64,000 nucleotides of DNA from Arenicellales bacterium (GCA_965216735.1 OZ244198.1:4725628-4789627); one strand, 5' to 3'; counted from the first letter of the stretch, positions 43,901-53,911 are shown. Numbers and translations are program-made. Notes: a model not told the origin generated them from the letters alone.

Positions 43901-46900
43901 TTAACCGATAATCTTAGATAGTTTTATCGTCCAGTATTCATTGCCCAATTTACGTTCGACCGCAAACTGTGCATCGAGAAAATCACCCTCGATCCATTCT
44001 GTCGCGAGTGTCTCCGACATAATAAACTCGCGGTATGTAGCAATGGCTTGTTCGACTTTAGAACTACCCGTGACTTGCAATCGAATTCGATCTGATACGA
44101 TTAAATCAGCCTGCTTTCTCGCATCTTGTACAGTGCGCACCACCTCTCGAGCGAGACCTTCAAGCAATAATTCTTCGTTGAGAGTGATATCCAAACCAAC
44201 AAGAAAACCTTGCTCTTCGGCGCAAGCGAAACCTTCCGCAGATTCGGTTTCCACCAGCACATCCTCGGCTTCGAATTCAATCGATTGTTCATCCACGTGT
44301 AATGTAAATGACTCACCTTTCGCGCACGCATTGGCAATAACACCGCCATCGGCATCGATTAGCGCTTGTTTAATCTTGGGAACCAGTTTTCCGTATTGTT
44401 TGCCGATACGTGGTAAATTGGGCTTAAGCCGGTAAGTCACCAGCTCCGCATCCCGTGCGGCAAACTCGATTTCCTTTACGTTTAATTCCTCGAGAATTTG
44501 CTGATCGTGATTCTTTACAGCTTTCCCAGCCTCTTCATTCGGTACACGAATCAAGAGTTTGGATAAGGGCTGGCGGATACGAACTTTGCTGGCTTCACGT
44601 GCAGAGCGACCCAAACCCACAACACGTTGCACAACGTCCACTTCGTATAGCAGTGCATCGTCGATGTACTGGTCGTTAACAGTTGGCCATTCGGTCATGT
44701 GTACACTCGATAATGCCTCGGCAGTGCTTGAACGCACCAGATTTTGGTACACCGCTTCGCTCAGGAACGGCATGAACGGCGCCATCAGCCGATGCACGAC
44801 GTCGATACATTCATGCAATGTCAGATACGCTGATTGCTTGTCGTCCCCCGCCTCAGCTTTCCAGAAACGGCGCCGGTTGCGTCGAATGTACCAATTGCTG
44901 AGTTGATCGACAAAAGATTCAATTGCTTCGCCGGCGCCTTTGGCGTCATAGTTGTCTATAGCTTTTGTCACGTCGCGAACAGTTCTACTCAGCAAGGCCA
45001 ACGCCCACCGATCGATCTCTGGACGTTGCTCGAACGGAATCGTTTTGTTTAGATCTACATCGTCTAGCCGCGCGTACAAAACAAAAAACGCGTAGGTGTT
45101 CCAGAATGTGTTGACAAATGAGCTGGCAACCTCGGCAATAATGTCCACCGAGATACGTTTTTGCGCTTCCGGTGCAAGCCGCGCTAGAAAATACCAACGC
45201 AGCGCATCGGCGCCGATGGTGTCAAATACGTCGTACGGGTTGACGATATTACCAATGGATTTGGACATTTTCTTACCGTCTTTGTCCACGATGTGTGACA
45301 GGCAAACACAGTTGCGATAGGCCACGCTATCGGATACCAGCGTGGCAATCGCGTGCAAGGTGTAAAACCAGCCACGGGTTTGATCGATGGCTTCGCAGAT
45401 GTAGTCCGCAGGAAAATGCCTTTCGAAGGTTTCGGCGTTCTCAAAAGGGTAATGCCATTGGGCATACGACATGGCGCCGGAATCGAACCAGCAATCGATT
45501 ACTTCGGGAACGCGACGGTATTCCTTACCGTCTTTGTTAAATGTAATCTCATCAATGGCCGGGCGATGTAAATCGATGTCACTCAGACTCCGACCGCTCA
45601 ATTCTTCAAGTTCGGCCAAAGAGCCGATACAAATAAAATCGCCTTCACCATCCGTCCAAACGGGCAACGGCGTGCCCCAAAATCGCTCCCGTGAAAGTGC
45701 CCAGTCGATATTGTTTTCTAACCAGTTACCAAACCGTCCGTCGCGTATGGTTTCCGGTACCCAATTAATGGTCTTATTCAACTCAACCATGCGCCGGGCC
45801 ACTTGGGTGGTGCGGATATACCAGGCGTTCTTGGCGTAGTAGATTAATGGATCACCAGTGCGCCATCCATGTGGGTAGTTGTGCAAATAACTCTCCTCGC
45901 GGAACAATAAACCACGTTCTTTAAGTGAAGCGATGAGTGCCGGATCTGCCTCCTTGAAAAACTTGCCCGCTACCGGCTCGACTTCAGGCAAAAAATATCC
46001 ATCCAGTCCGACGCCGTGTACCACCGGCAAATGGTATTTCTGCCCAAGTGCCAAATCGTCTACACCGTAGGCGGGTGCGATGTGGACAATGCCGGTGCCG
46101 TCTTCAGTGCTGACAAAATCACCGCTCACAACTTGGAATGCATTTTCTTTATTGTCCACGGTCAGATAATCAAACAAGCGTTGATAGCGTTTGCCAAGTA
46201 AGTCACGTCCCTTGACCGTTTTAACAACGGATTGCTCTTGTTCGCCAAAAATGGCTTCGCGCCGTGCTTCGGCGACAATCAACGTTTCGCCATCGCATTG
46301 CACATACGCATACTCTATATCGTCGCCAACCGCAGCCAACAGGTTCGACGGTAATGTCCAGGGTGTGGTAGTCCAGACCAATAACGACACATTCGGTTCG
46401 TCGCACAAACGAAAGCGTACCAAAACCGATGGATCACTTACCTCTTTATAGCCCTGGGCCACTTCGTGTGAGGACAATGTTGCACCGATACGTGGATCGT
46501 AGGGTACAACTTTGTAACCCTGATAGATTAGATCCTTGTCCCAGATATTCTTTAACAGATTCCACACCGACTCGATGTAGTCGTTATTCAGGGTGTAATA
46601 AGCTTCGTCCATGTTCACCCAGAAACCCATGCGTTCGGTCATTTTTTCCCAATCACCGATATAACGCATGACCGATTCACGGCATCGCTTGGTGAATTCC
46701 GCTATGCCGATTTTCGCTTCAATTTCTTTTTTATCGAAGATGCCGAGTTCTTTTTCGATTTCGTGTTCCACCGGCAAACCGTGTGTATCCCAACCCGCTT
46801 TTCGCGGACAATGAAATCCGCGCATGGTTTTGTAGCGTGGGTAAATATCCTTAAACGTTCGCGCTAGCACGTGATGAATGCCGGGTTTACCGTTGGCCGT

Positions 46901-47062
46901 CGGCGGACCTTCATTAAAGGTAAATAGAGGGCGGCCCTCGGATTGCTCAAGACTTTTTTTAAACAATTTATGCTCGCGCCAGAACTCGAGAATCTCTTGT
47001 TCCAGCTTTGGACCATTGTAGCGGCTGGGTACTTCTTTAAAAGTCTTGTCGTTAGAAACCAT
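43901..47062 (-). CDS. ileS: isoleucine--tRNA ligase, type 2 (eukaryote/Bacteroidetes/Thermus-like)
   Basis: FNEGPPTANGKPGIHHVLARTFKDIYPRYKTMRGF (the type-2 form of the HIGH region) and KMSKSIGN. About 1053 aa from ATG 47062. The in-frame upstream extension to 47191 runs through the leader RNA and is rejected. Confidence 0.9.
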   Translation of the reverse strand: MVSNDKTFKEVPSRYNGPKLEQEILEFWREHKLFKKSLEQSEGRPLFTFNEGPPTANGKPGIHHVLARTFKDIYPRYKTMRGFHCPRKAGWDTHGLPVEHEIEKELGIFDKKEIEAKIGIAEFTKRCRESVMRYIGDWEKMTERMGFWVNMDEAYYTLNNDYIESVWNLLKNIWDKDLIYQGYKVVPYDPRIGATLSSHEVAQGYKEVSDPSVLVRFRLCDEPNVSLLVWTTTPWTLPSNLLAAVGDDIEYAYVQCDGETLIVAEARREAIFGEQEQSVVKTVKGRDLLGKRYQRLFDYLTVDNKENAFQVVSGDFVSTEDGTGIVHIAPAYGVDDLALGQKYHLPVVHGVGLDGYFLPEVEPVAGKFFKEADPALIASLKERGLLFREESYLHNYPHGWRTGDPLIYYAKNAWYIRTTQVARRMVELNKTINWVPETIRDGRFGNWLENNIDWALSRERFWGTPLPVWTDGEGDFICIGSLAELEELSGRSLSDIDLHRPAIDEITFNKDGKEYRRVPEVIDCWFDSGAMSYAQWHYPFENAETFERHFPADYICEAIDQTRGWFYTLHAIATLVSDSVAYRNCVCLSHIVDKDGKKMSKSIGNIVNPYDVFDTIGADALRWYFLARLAPEAQKRISVDIIAEVASSFVNTFWNTYAFFVLYARLDDVDLNKTIPFEQRPEIDRWALALLSRTVRDVTKAIDNYDAKGAGEAIESFVDQLSNWYIRRNRRRFWKAEAGDDKQSAYLTLHECIDVVHRLMAPFMPFLSEAVYQNLVRSSTAEALSSVHMTEWPTVNDQYIDDALLYEVDVVQRVVGLGRSAREASKVRIRQPLSKLLIRVPNEEAGKAVKNHDQQILEELNVKEIEFAARDAELVTYRLKPNLPRIGKQYGKLVPKIKQALIDADGGVIANACAKGESFTLHVDEQSIEFEAEDVLVETESAEGFACAEEQGFLVGLDITLNEELLLEGLAREVVRTVQDARKQADLIVSDRIRLQVTGSSKVEQAIATYREFIMSETLATEWIEGDFLDAQFAVERKLGNEYWTIKLSKIIG

Positions 47063-47350
47063 ATGTTGTTCTCCAAAACAAAAACGCCCCGGGGCTTGCA
47101 TTGCTGCAATGCCCCGGGGCGATGGGTATTCTGTCGCTGTACCACCCGGTTTCGCTACGCCCTCGCGGGCGATAGCCTCAACAAGTAACAACCGTTACTC
47201 AAGCCCTGTCTCGGGGGCCAGTCGTCTGAGTCTACTCGGTTCGCTGGCATCCTAACGAGAAAACCAGCGGCATACCTTTCGGTCAGCGGCTCCAGGGTGA
47301 TTTTCGGCGGGGTCCGGGTCGGGGCTCTCACTCTCTCCCGATCGCTGATT
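47063..47350 (-). promoter_or_regulatory. T-box riboswitch leader (Ile specifier) controlling ileS
   Basis: Read on the minus strand: AGCGAUCGGGAGAGAGU (Stem I 5' side), GAAAAUCA (AUC at 47299-47301 followed by A), a GNRA-capped Stem III CGCCC-GCGA-GGGCG, the T-box core GGGUGGUACAGCG (47135-47147, 12/13 to GGGUGGUACCGCG), then the terminator. Confidence 0.7.
47075..47121 (-). terminator. intrinsic terminator of the T-box leader, ending 13 nt before the ileS start region
   Basis: Minus strand CGCCCCGGGGCAUUGCA-GCAA-UGCAAGCCCCGGGGCG followed by UUUUUGUUUUGG, then GAGAACAACAUAUG. Confidence 0.8.
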
Positions 47351-47538
47351 CCGGCTTGGTCCGGCTACTCGTCCCTTTCAAAGCCTTGGTGTTAGCGATT
47401 AGAAATCTAACCCGCTCCCCGTTAAAACGCAAGTCAACTTCCCACGGATATTCACATTTGTCTAACAGCCTTAAACAAGGAGTTGACACCAGCTCATTAT
47501 CGCGCGAAAACACATACCGTTTATTCTGGTGTGGACGT

Positions 47539-48294
47539 ATGAAAATGAAAAAATCTTATTCCGTTGTTTCGCAAAGCATGCTTGGTTCGTTTTTGCTATT
47601 GGCTATGCCGGGGTTAGTAGCCGCAGGTGAAAGAACTTCAGTGGTTGAATTGTTTACCTCTCAAGGTTGCTACTCTTGTCCCGCCGCGGATGATTATCTG
47701 GCCCATCTCATCGACAATCGCAAAGACGTGATTGCTTTGGAGTACCATGTCGATTACTGGGACACGCTGGTCTGGGGGTCGGACGGCAGTTGGAAGGATC
47801 CATTTTCCAGTCCCGAATACACCCAACGTCAGCGTGGTTACCACGCCGCTGACCTAAAGGGTCGGCGTGGTGTTTATACACCACAGATGGTGGTGGATGG
47901 GCGTTTCGCTGCGGTGGGTTCGGATCGAAGAGCCGTACAAAAGGCGCTGTCTGATAGAAACGAATCTTTTTTAGAAGTTGACATTGAAGCGATAGCAAGC
48001 GGATATTCTATTGCAGTGGATGGCCAGGCACAGAATTCGGCGGACGTATGGCTGGTGACTTTTGATCGCAAAAAAACCACCGCCATACCGCGTGGAGAAA
48101 ACGCGGGCAAAACCTTAGACAATTATCACATTGTGAAACGTCTTGAACGCATAGGCGATTGGAGTGGCGTTGCCACGACTATTAAAGCGGAGGTTTCTTT
48201 GGCAGAAGGCGAAGGTTGTGCAGTGTTGATTCAATCCGTGAGTTACGATACGCCGGGGCCGGTCCTTGGCGCATCGTATTGTCCGGATACCTGA
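47539..48294 (+). CDS. DUF1223 family secreted thioredoxin-like protein
   Basis: MKMKKSYSVVSQSMLGSFLLLAMPGLVAA signal. VVELFTSQGCYSCPAADDYL ... ALEYHVDYWD is the DUF1223 signature. The ORF-track N-terminal extension to 47356 overlaps the T-box region and is rejected. Confidence 0.75.
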   Translation: MKMKKSYSVVSQSMLGSFLLLAMPGLVAAGERTSVVELFTSQGCYSCPAADDYLAHLIDNRKDVIALEYHVDYWDTLVWGSDGSWKDPFSSPEYTQRQRGYHAADLKGRRGVYTPQMVVDGRFAAVGSDRRAVQKALSDRNESFLEVDIEAIASGYSIAVDGQAQNSADVWLVTFDRKKTTAIPRGENAGKTLDNYHIVKRLERIGDWSGVATTIKAEVSLAEGEGCAVLIQSVSYDTPGPVLGASYCPDT

Positions 48295-48426
48295 TACTGA
48301 ACAGAAAGTGCGAGTGCCGCCGCCCCCATAGATATTTGGCAAAGTGAGTCGTAAAACTCTCAGAATGAATTTCCACTAAAGTTTGCGTTAGCAGTCTATT
48401 TACCGGTAACTTGGCGGTATGAATAT

Positions 48427-49932
48427 TTGCCAAGAACCAGTAATCCTAACGTGACCGGTCGCTTTGCAAGGAGTTTTATAAAAAGAATATTGTCGCGTTT
48501 GGGTGTGAGTGTAAAGCGATCGCCTGGCCAATTCGAACTGTTAATTGAAAGTAACTCTGCCAGGCAGTTGTCGATCGTTGAGTCAGAAAAATTCGCGCCC
48601 TGTTCCGGGGTTTCAACGCTCTCGCGAATCAACCTGGACAAACAAGGTGGATCCCTTGCCACGCTGGGAACAAAAAAAGCGATCGACATAACATTATCCG
48701 GCGAATCAATCGCAGTTGTTGAAACGGGTAGCTGGTGCTGGCCTGCCCACTTGCAGAACGGCGTGCGTACTGCGCGTGTTTCACACCCAACGGAAGGACG
48801 GGAACGGCGGGTGATAGTTGATTTTCGCAGTAGGGCAGAAAAACACTTTGCCAATCTATTCGTCGATTCAATCGGTCAGGCAATAATGGCAATTTTTTTG
48901 ATGGGAAAGGAAAATGGCAAGGCGTTTGCAAAGGGCTGGGTTTACGATCCACATCGGCAACCCGGCGCAGACGGATTTCGATTGAATAATCAAACAGCCG
49001 ACATTGTGTTGACCACATCACAACCCGGTTGGGAAACACATCTCGGACCCGTGTTTTCGTATTTCAGTATGAAGGGAGAAGAACATTTTACTTTTTTCGA
49101 TGCTAAGGTTACGGCAAAAGGGTCGGCTATTGAACCGGTAGTAGTCGAATACAATAGCACGCCGGAAGGCCTGTTTGACCGTTGCCGTTTCGGCTATGTC
49201 GAGGATAACCTGCCAATGCCCCGGGGTGAAACGTTTAAACGCGTATCGGGAAACCCTAATCCGTTTACCTTTCGACTGTCAGGCTATTCCGCTTCTTTGG
49301 TCTTACGCGATATCGTTCGACATTATCTCGACAAATCTGTAGCGGAGTTAAGTCGTGTACTCGATTGGGGTTGCGGGTGCGGGCGGGTGTCCCGTCATTT
49401 CCGTGACGATGCTGGGAGAACTCATTGGTGTGGTGCGGACATCGATGAGATAGGCGTTCAATGGGCACAGGAAAATCTGCCTTTTGGTCATTTCCATCAT
49501 ATAAAGCCGTTGGAAAAAACGCCTTATCCGGATAATCACTTCGAACTTATTTTTGGAATTTCGGTATTTACCCATTTACGCGAAGCAGATCATTTATTCT
49601 GGTTGCAGGAACTCGCCCGTATTTTGGCTCCCGCTGGAATTGTGGCGGTGAGTATCGCTGGAAAGACGTTGCGAGCGCGGTTGTTTACAACAGACATCAA
49701 CGAACTCACCAACGACCTCATCGCGGGATACACCGATCATGGCCGCAGCGACGCCATCGATGGAAGCACGAGCGATATTGAGTATTACCGCAGCACGTTT
49801 ATATCAGAAGACTATGTTAGGACAGTGTGGAGCCGCTACTTCGATGTCCTGGATATTCATCCGGGGCTAATCGGATGCCGACAGGATTTGGTCGTCATGG
49901 GCAAGAAACCTGCGCACCAAGATTGCGATTAA
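48427..49932 (+). CDS. class I SAM-dependent methyltransferase with a long uncharacterised N-terminal region
   Basis: VLDWGCGCGRVSRHF (motif I) and ELIFGISVFTHL in the C-terminal third. The start is uncertain. Confidence 0.6.
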   Translation: MPRTSNPNVTGRFARSFIKRILSRLGVSVKRSPGQFELLIESNSARQLSIVESEKFAPCSGVSTLSRINLDKQGGSLATLGTKKAIDITLSGESIAVVETGSWCWPAHLQNGVRTARVSHPTEGRERRVIVDFRSRAEKHFANLFVDSIGQAIMAIFLMGKENGKAFAKGWVYDPHRQPGADGFRLNNQTADIVLTTSQPGWETHLGPVFSYFSMKGEEHFTFFDAKVTAKGSAIEPVVVEYNSTPEGLFDRCRFGYVEDNLPMPRGETFKRVSGNPNPFTFRLSGYSASLVLRDIVRHYLDKSVAELSRVLDWGCGCGRVSRHFRDDAGRTHWCGADIDEIGVQWAQENLPFGHFHHIKPLEKTPYPDNHFELIFGISVFTHLREADHLFWLQELARILAPAGIVAVSIAGKTLRARLFTTDINELTNDLIAGYTDHGRSDAIDGSTSDIEYYRSTFISEDYVRTVWSRYFDVLDIHPGLIGCRQDLVVMGKKPAHQDCD

Positions 49933-51641
49933 CGAATAAAACCCAAACTTTCCAGCTTGATAATAATACGGTGCGCAGCCAGATCAGGGGTTAAATCTTT
50001 TGTGTCGATCACCATTTCAGCGTTCTCCGGAACTTCGTATGGATCGCTGATACCGGTGAATTCTGGAATGATACCTGCGCGCGCACGGGCATACAGACCT
50101 TTGCGGTCACGGGCCTCACATTCTTCCAATGATGTCGACACATATACTTCTATAAATCCACCGGCGGCTTCCACCATGGCGCGGACTTTGCGGCGGGTGG
50201 ACTTATACGGCGCAATAGGGGCGCAGATCGCGATACCACCGTTTTTGGTAATTTCGCTGGCAACAAAGCCTATACGTTGAATATTCAAATCACGATGCTC
50301 ACGGGAAAAACCCAATTCACTGGACAAATTCTTTCGGACAATATCACCATCCAATAGCGTCACCCGGCGTCCGCCTTGCTCCATGAGTTTTACCATCAAG
50401 GCATTAGCGATTGTTGATTTACCCGCACCGGACAGACCAGTAAAAAATACAGTGAGGCCTTGCCGATGGCGTGGTGGAATGGTCTTGCGCAATTCTTCCA
50501 CCACCGCTGGATAGGAAAACCAATCGTCAATCTTGAGTCCCTCGCGCAAGCGGCGGCGAAACTCGGCACTGGTAATCTCAAGGGTGCGTTCGTTTCCCCT
50601 GACTTCATCTTCGGGTAAATATTGCGCTCGATTGACGACGTAAACCATGTGTTTGAACGCGACGGGTGTTACATCGAGCTCTTCTTGGTGTTCTTGGAGC
50701 AATTTCTGTGCTGCGTAGGGAGAATAAAACGCTTCTCCGCTCCCATCTTTACCCGACCCCGCGTGGTCATGCCCGACGATAAAATGTGTACAACCGTAAT
50801 TTTTGCGAATAATGGCATGCCATAAAGCTTCACGTGGCCCCGCCATACGCATCGCCAACGGTAGCAGACTCAGTGCGGTGGTTTGTTCGGGGTACTCACG
50901 CAGCAAACGCTCGTAGCAGCGCACTCTGGCAAAACGGTCTATATCACCCGGTATGGTGGATCCCACCACCGGATGTATCAGTAGGTTGGCTTCGCTTTCA
51001 CGCACCGCTCTTATAGTTAGTTCTTGGTGAGCGCGATGCATGGGGTTACGGGTCTGGAATGCCACTACGCGCCGCCACCCTAGCTTTTCAAAATAATCGC
51101 GTAGTTCTTGGGGTGAATAACGCAAATGACGAAAGTCATAGTGATGAGGCGCTTCGACACCGTGCAACTTCCCTGCGAGATAAACCGGATGAGTGTTGTT
51201 AAACAAATAATCGACACCGGGGTGATCACTGTCAGTTGAATCGTAGACCTGGCTGGCTTCGCGTTGTTTGTCTGCTTGCCATTGCTCCTCCACATCCATG
51301 ACAGCGATCAGTACGCCTTCACTGTCGCGCAGCGCGATACGGCTAGCTGTCTCCAGTGATTGTGCAAAATCTTCGCTGACATCGAGGTTAATGGGCACAG
51401 GCCACAACATGCCATTACTTAACCGCATATCCTGTAATACGGATTCGTAATCGGTTTTGCCGAGAAAACCCTCTAGGGGAGAAAAGGCCCCGTTTAGTAA
51501 CAGTTCAAGATCGCACAATTGCCGTTCGTTTAAATCCCACGACGGATAATCACGCGCTTTTTGTTTCTCCTGCTCGGCTTCAGTGGGGCCCAAATACAGG
51601 TTTTTGAGTACACCACCGTGGGGTTGTTTAAATGCGCCCAT
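49929..51641 (-). CDS. sat/cysC: bifunctional sulfate adenylyltransferase (ATP sulfurylase) / adenylylsulfate kinase
   Basis: QTRNPMHRAHQEL and HFIVGHDHAG are sulfurylase motifs. C-terminal FFTGLSGAGKSTIANAL ... DGDIVR is the APS-kinase P-loop. 570 aa. Confidence 0.9.
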   Translation of the reverse strand: MGAFKQPHGGVLKNLYLGPTEAEQEKQKARDYPSWDLNERQLCDLELLLNGAFSPLEGFLGKTDYESVLQDMRLSNGMLWPVPINLDVSEDFAQSLETASRIALRDSEGVLIAVMDVEEQWQADKQREASQVYDSTDSDHPGVDYLFNNTHPVYLAGKLHGVEAPHHYDFRHLRYSPQELRDYFEKLGWRRVVAFQTRNPMHRAHQELTIRAVRESEANLLIHPVVGSTIPGDIDRFARVRCYERLLREYPEQTTALSLLPLAMRMAGPREALWHAIIRKNYGCTHFIVGHDHAGSGKDGSGEAFYSPYAAQKLLQEHQEELDVTPVAFKHMVYVVNRAQYLPEDEVRGNERTLEITSAEFRRRLREGLKIDDWFSYPAVVEELRKTIPPRHRQGLTVFFTGLSGAGKSTIANALMVKLMEQGGRRVTLLDGDIVRKNLSSELGFSREHRDLNIQRIGFVASEITKNGGIAICAPIAPYKSTRRKVRAMVEAAGGFIEVYVSTSLEECEARDRKGLYARARAGIIPEFTGISDPYEVPENAEMVIDTKDLTPDLAAHRIIIKLESLGFIR

Positions 51642-51865
51642 TACTTTACATGCCTCGAATGATTGTGTTCCTATGTAATTGTTAAAGTATGTCTGTACAC
51701 ACGTCGATTGTTCGTTTCATCACCTAGTTGATTTCATGCCAGACCCGGCCATAGTGAATCGAATCGCATTGCTTTTGGCGCGCCGAATTATAGGCGTAGA
51801 CATAAAATTACGAAAGACCGACTTGTTCAATTCCCAGATTCAATAATTCGGATGTTTCCTTCGAC

Positions 51866-53230
51866 ATGAGCCAAGCTACGATGACTCAGGGGTCAGTGCG
51901 TGCACATCTGGTAGCACTCACTATTCCCATGATCTGGGGATTGTTGGCAATGATGACATTCAACATCGCGGACACCTGGTTTGTATCCAAACTGGGCGAA
52001 TTACAATTAGCGGCCATGAGTTTTACCTTTCCGGTGGTCATGGTTCTCATCAGTCTTGGAATTGGGTTAATGGCAGGAACCGCCTCGGTATTGGCGAGGG
52101 TGATAGGCCAGGGAGATTCCGAAAAAGTAAGGCAATTGACAACGGATGCTGCGTTGCTGGGTTTGGCGTTGTCGGTCGTGTTTACCGTCGCAGGCTTATT
52201 CACCATCGATCCGTTGTTCCGCCTGCTGGGAGCGGATGAAAAAGTTTTACCGTTTATTCGAGATTATATGATTGTCTGGTACGGCGGATTTGTCGTCTTT
52301 CTGGTTCCCATGGTAGGTTTTGGCGCGATACGCGCGACCGGCGACAGCAAGTTGCAGGGCCGGATCATGGTGGCTTCCGCCGTCATGAATCTGATACTTG
52401 ACCCGTTGCTGATTTTTGGCTGGCTTGGTTTTCCGCGACTGGAAATTCAGGGTGCCGCCATCGCATCGGTTATCGCCAGGGCTTTGAGTTTTTGCATTGG
52501 GTTTTGGGCGCTGCATTATCAAAAGCGCATGTTGACTTACAAGTGGCCCACCTTATCGCGAATCTACTTTTCATGGAAACAAGTTTTACACGTCGGTCTT
52601 CCTGCCGCCGGAACAAACATGATTATTCCATTTGCCATTGGTGTTATCACAGCCATGATTGCGCGTCATGGCGCCGATGCAGTAGCGGGTTTTGGCGCGG
52701 CGTCACGTATCGAGCAAGTAACCCTGGTCGTTTTCTTCGCCATGTCCGCAACCATCGGTCCATTCATGGGGCAAAACCTGGGCGCGGGTCATCATGATCG
52801 AATCGTTGAAGCTTACCGGTTAACCGTTAAGTTTTGTCTGTGGTTTGGGCTTTTGATTGCAATCGCCCTAGCTTTGAGTGCACAGATATTGATGCGGCAG
52901 TTTAGCGATGATGAACAAGTCATCGCCGCGGGAGTCGCGTTTCTTTGGATAGTACCTGTCAGCTTCGGCGCGGAAGGCGTTATTATGAACACCAACGCGG
53001 CGTTCAATGGGCTGGGCCGTCCACTACCGGCGGTGGTGATTTCGGTCACTAGAATGATAGTTCTTTACTTGCCCGTCGCCTATATCGCAGATCACTGGCT
53101 GAACATCGAAGGCATCTTCGCCGCAGCCTGTATGGCCAATTTCGGCGCAGCGGTATTGGCCTACGTTTGGTATCGGCGAATATGTTATGGATTAAATGAC
53201 GCGAGGGAAAAACAAACCGCTTATTCGTAA
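51866..53230 (+). CDS. MATE-family efflux transporter
   Basis: 454 aa with about 12 TM segments. The N-terminal LVALTIPMIWGLLAMMTFNIADTWFVSKLG pattern is typical of MATE/NorM. Confidence 0.8.
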   Translation: MSQATMTQGSVRAHLVALTIPMIWGLLAMMTFNIADTWFVSKLGELQLAAMSFTFPVVMVLISLGIGLMAGTASVLARVIGQGDSEKVRQLTTDAALLGLALSVVFTVAGLFTIDPLFRLLGADEKVLPFIRDYMIVWYGGFVVFLVPMVGFGAIRATGDSKLQGRIMVASAVMNLILDPLLIFGWLGFPRLEIQGAAIASVIARALSFCIGFWALHYQKRMLTYKWPTLSRIYFSWKQVLHVGLPAAGTNMIIPFAIGVITAMIARHGADAVAGFGAASRIEQVTLVVFFAMSATIGPFMGQNLGAGHHDRIVEAYRLTVKFCLWFGLLIAIALALSAQILMRQFSDDEQVIAAGVAFLWIVPVSFGAEGVIMNTNAAFNGLGRPLPAVVISVTRMIVLYLPVAYIADHWLNIEGIFAAACMANFGAAVLAYVWYRRICYGLNDAREKQTAYS

Positions 53231-53634
53231 GGCACCGTGGGGTTGCCTTGTTTTAACCAACCGACAATACCATCGGTCATGTCATAGACTTGTTTGTAAC
53301 CGAGTTGATTGAACAATGCATCGGATATCACCCGGGTACGATTACCGGTCCGGCAAATCAACATAACGGGCTGATCCGGTGTGGCGATCTCTTTTAGGCG
53401 CGCCATCCACGCGTTCAGATCGTAACGACCGTTTTCGTCGAAAAAGGTCAATAGATGCGAACCTTCAATAACACCGGTTTCCTTCCACTCCGATTCGGTG
53501 CGTACATCGATAACCGGAACGCCTTGTATTATCAATTGTTTAGCTTGTTCTAAATCCGATCGTTGTAAGTCAGCATACGCCGTACTCATAAGAACCAAGC
53601 AAGTAATAAAACCAATAAAAAATTTACCTAGCAT
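53221..53634 (-). CDS. rhodanese-domain protein, secreted
   Basis: Signal peptide. VIDVRTESEW ... MLICRTGNRT is a rhodanese active-site loop with Cys. Confidence 0.75.
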   Translation of the reverse strand: MLGKFFIGFITCLVLMSTAYADLQRSDLEQAKQLIIQGVPVIDVRTESEWKETGVIEGSHLLTFFDENGRYDLNAWMARLKEIATPDQPVMLICRTGNRTRVISDALFNQLGYKQVYDMTDGIVGWLKQGNPTVPYE

Positions 53635-53911
53635 AAGTGTGGTTTAAATATTTAATAATGTCACCGGACTCCGGCATCCATGTGGATTTTCCATTTTTGT
53701 CGACTATACAAAGTACCGGTACCGTGCTACTACCGCAGGCCTCGATCAATTCCCGTTCATATTGTGTATCTTCCCAGATATTGCGAGTTTCCACGTCGAT
53801 ACCGAGCTTACTGATCGCGTGTTGTACCCGCCAGCAAAACAGGCATAAGTCGCGGTGATATAGAATAAGACTGCTCGGTTTCAGGTTAGTTTCCGCAGAG
53901 TTATTTTGCAT
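53624..53911 (-). CDS. glutaredoxin-like protein
   Basis: LILYHRDLCLFCWRVQHAISKLGI ... STVPVL is a CxxC thioredoxin-fold pattern. Confidence 0.6.
   Translation of the reverse strand: MQNNSAETNLKPSSLILYHRDLCLFCWRVQHAISKLGIDVETRNIWEDTQYERELIEACGSSTVPVLCIVDKNGKSTWMPESGDIIKYLNHTYAR

Noticed and set aside
47063-47538. N-terminal extensions in the ORF track: ileS from 47191 and the DUF1223 gene from 47356.
   Set aside because: Both extensions run through the T-box leader and terminator. The ileS ATG at 47062 gives the conserved N-terminus. MKMKKSY... at 47539 gives a proper signal peptide.
48396-48854. Minus-strand 152-aa ORF overlapping the start of the methyltransferase gene.
   Set aside because: The sequence is Arg/Ser/Cys-rich and implausible, and it is antisense to a longer ORF that ends in a clear SAM-binding motif. 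The true start of the plus-strand gene remains uncertain.
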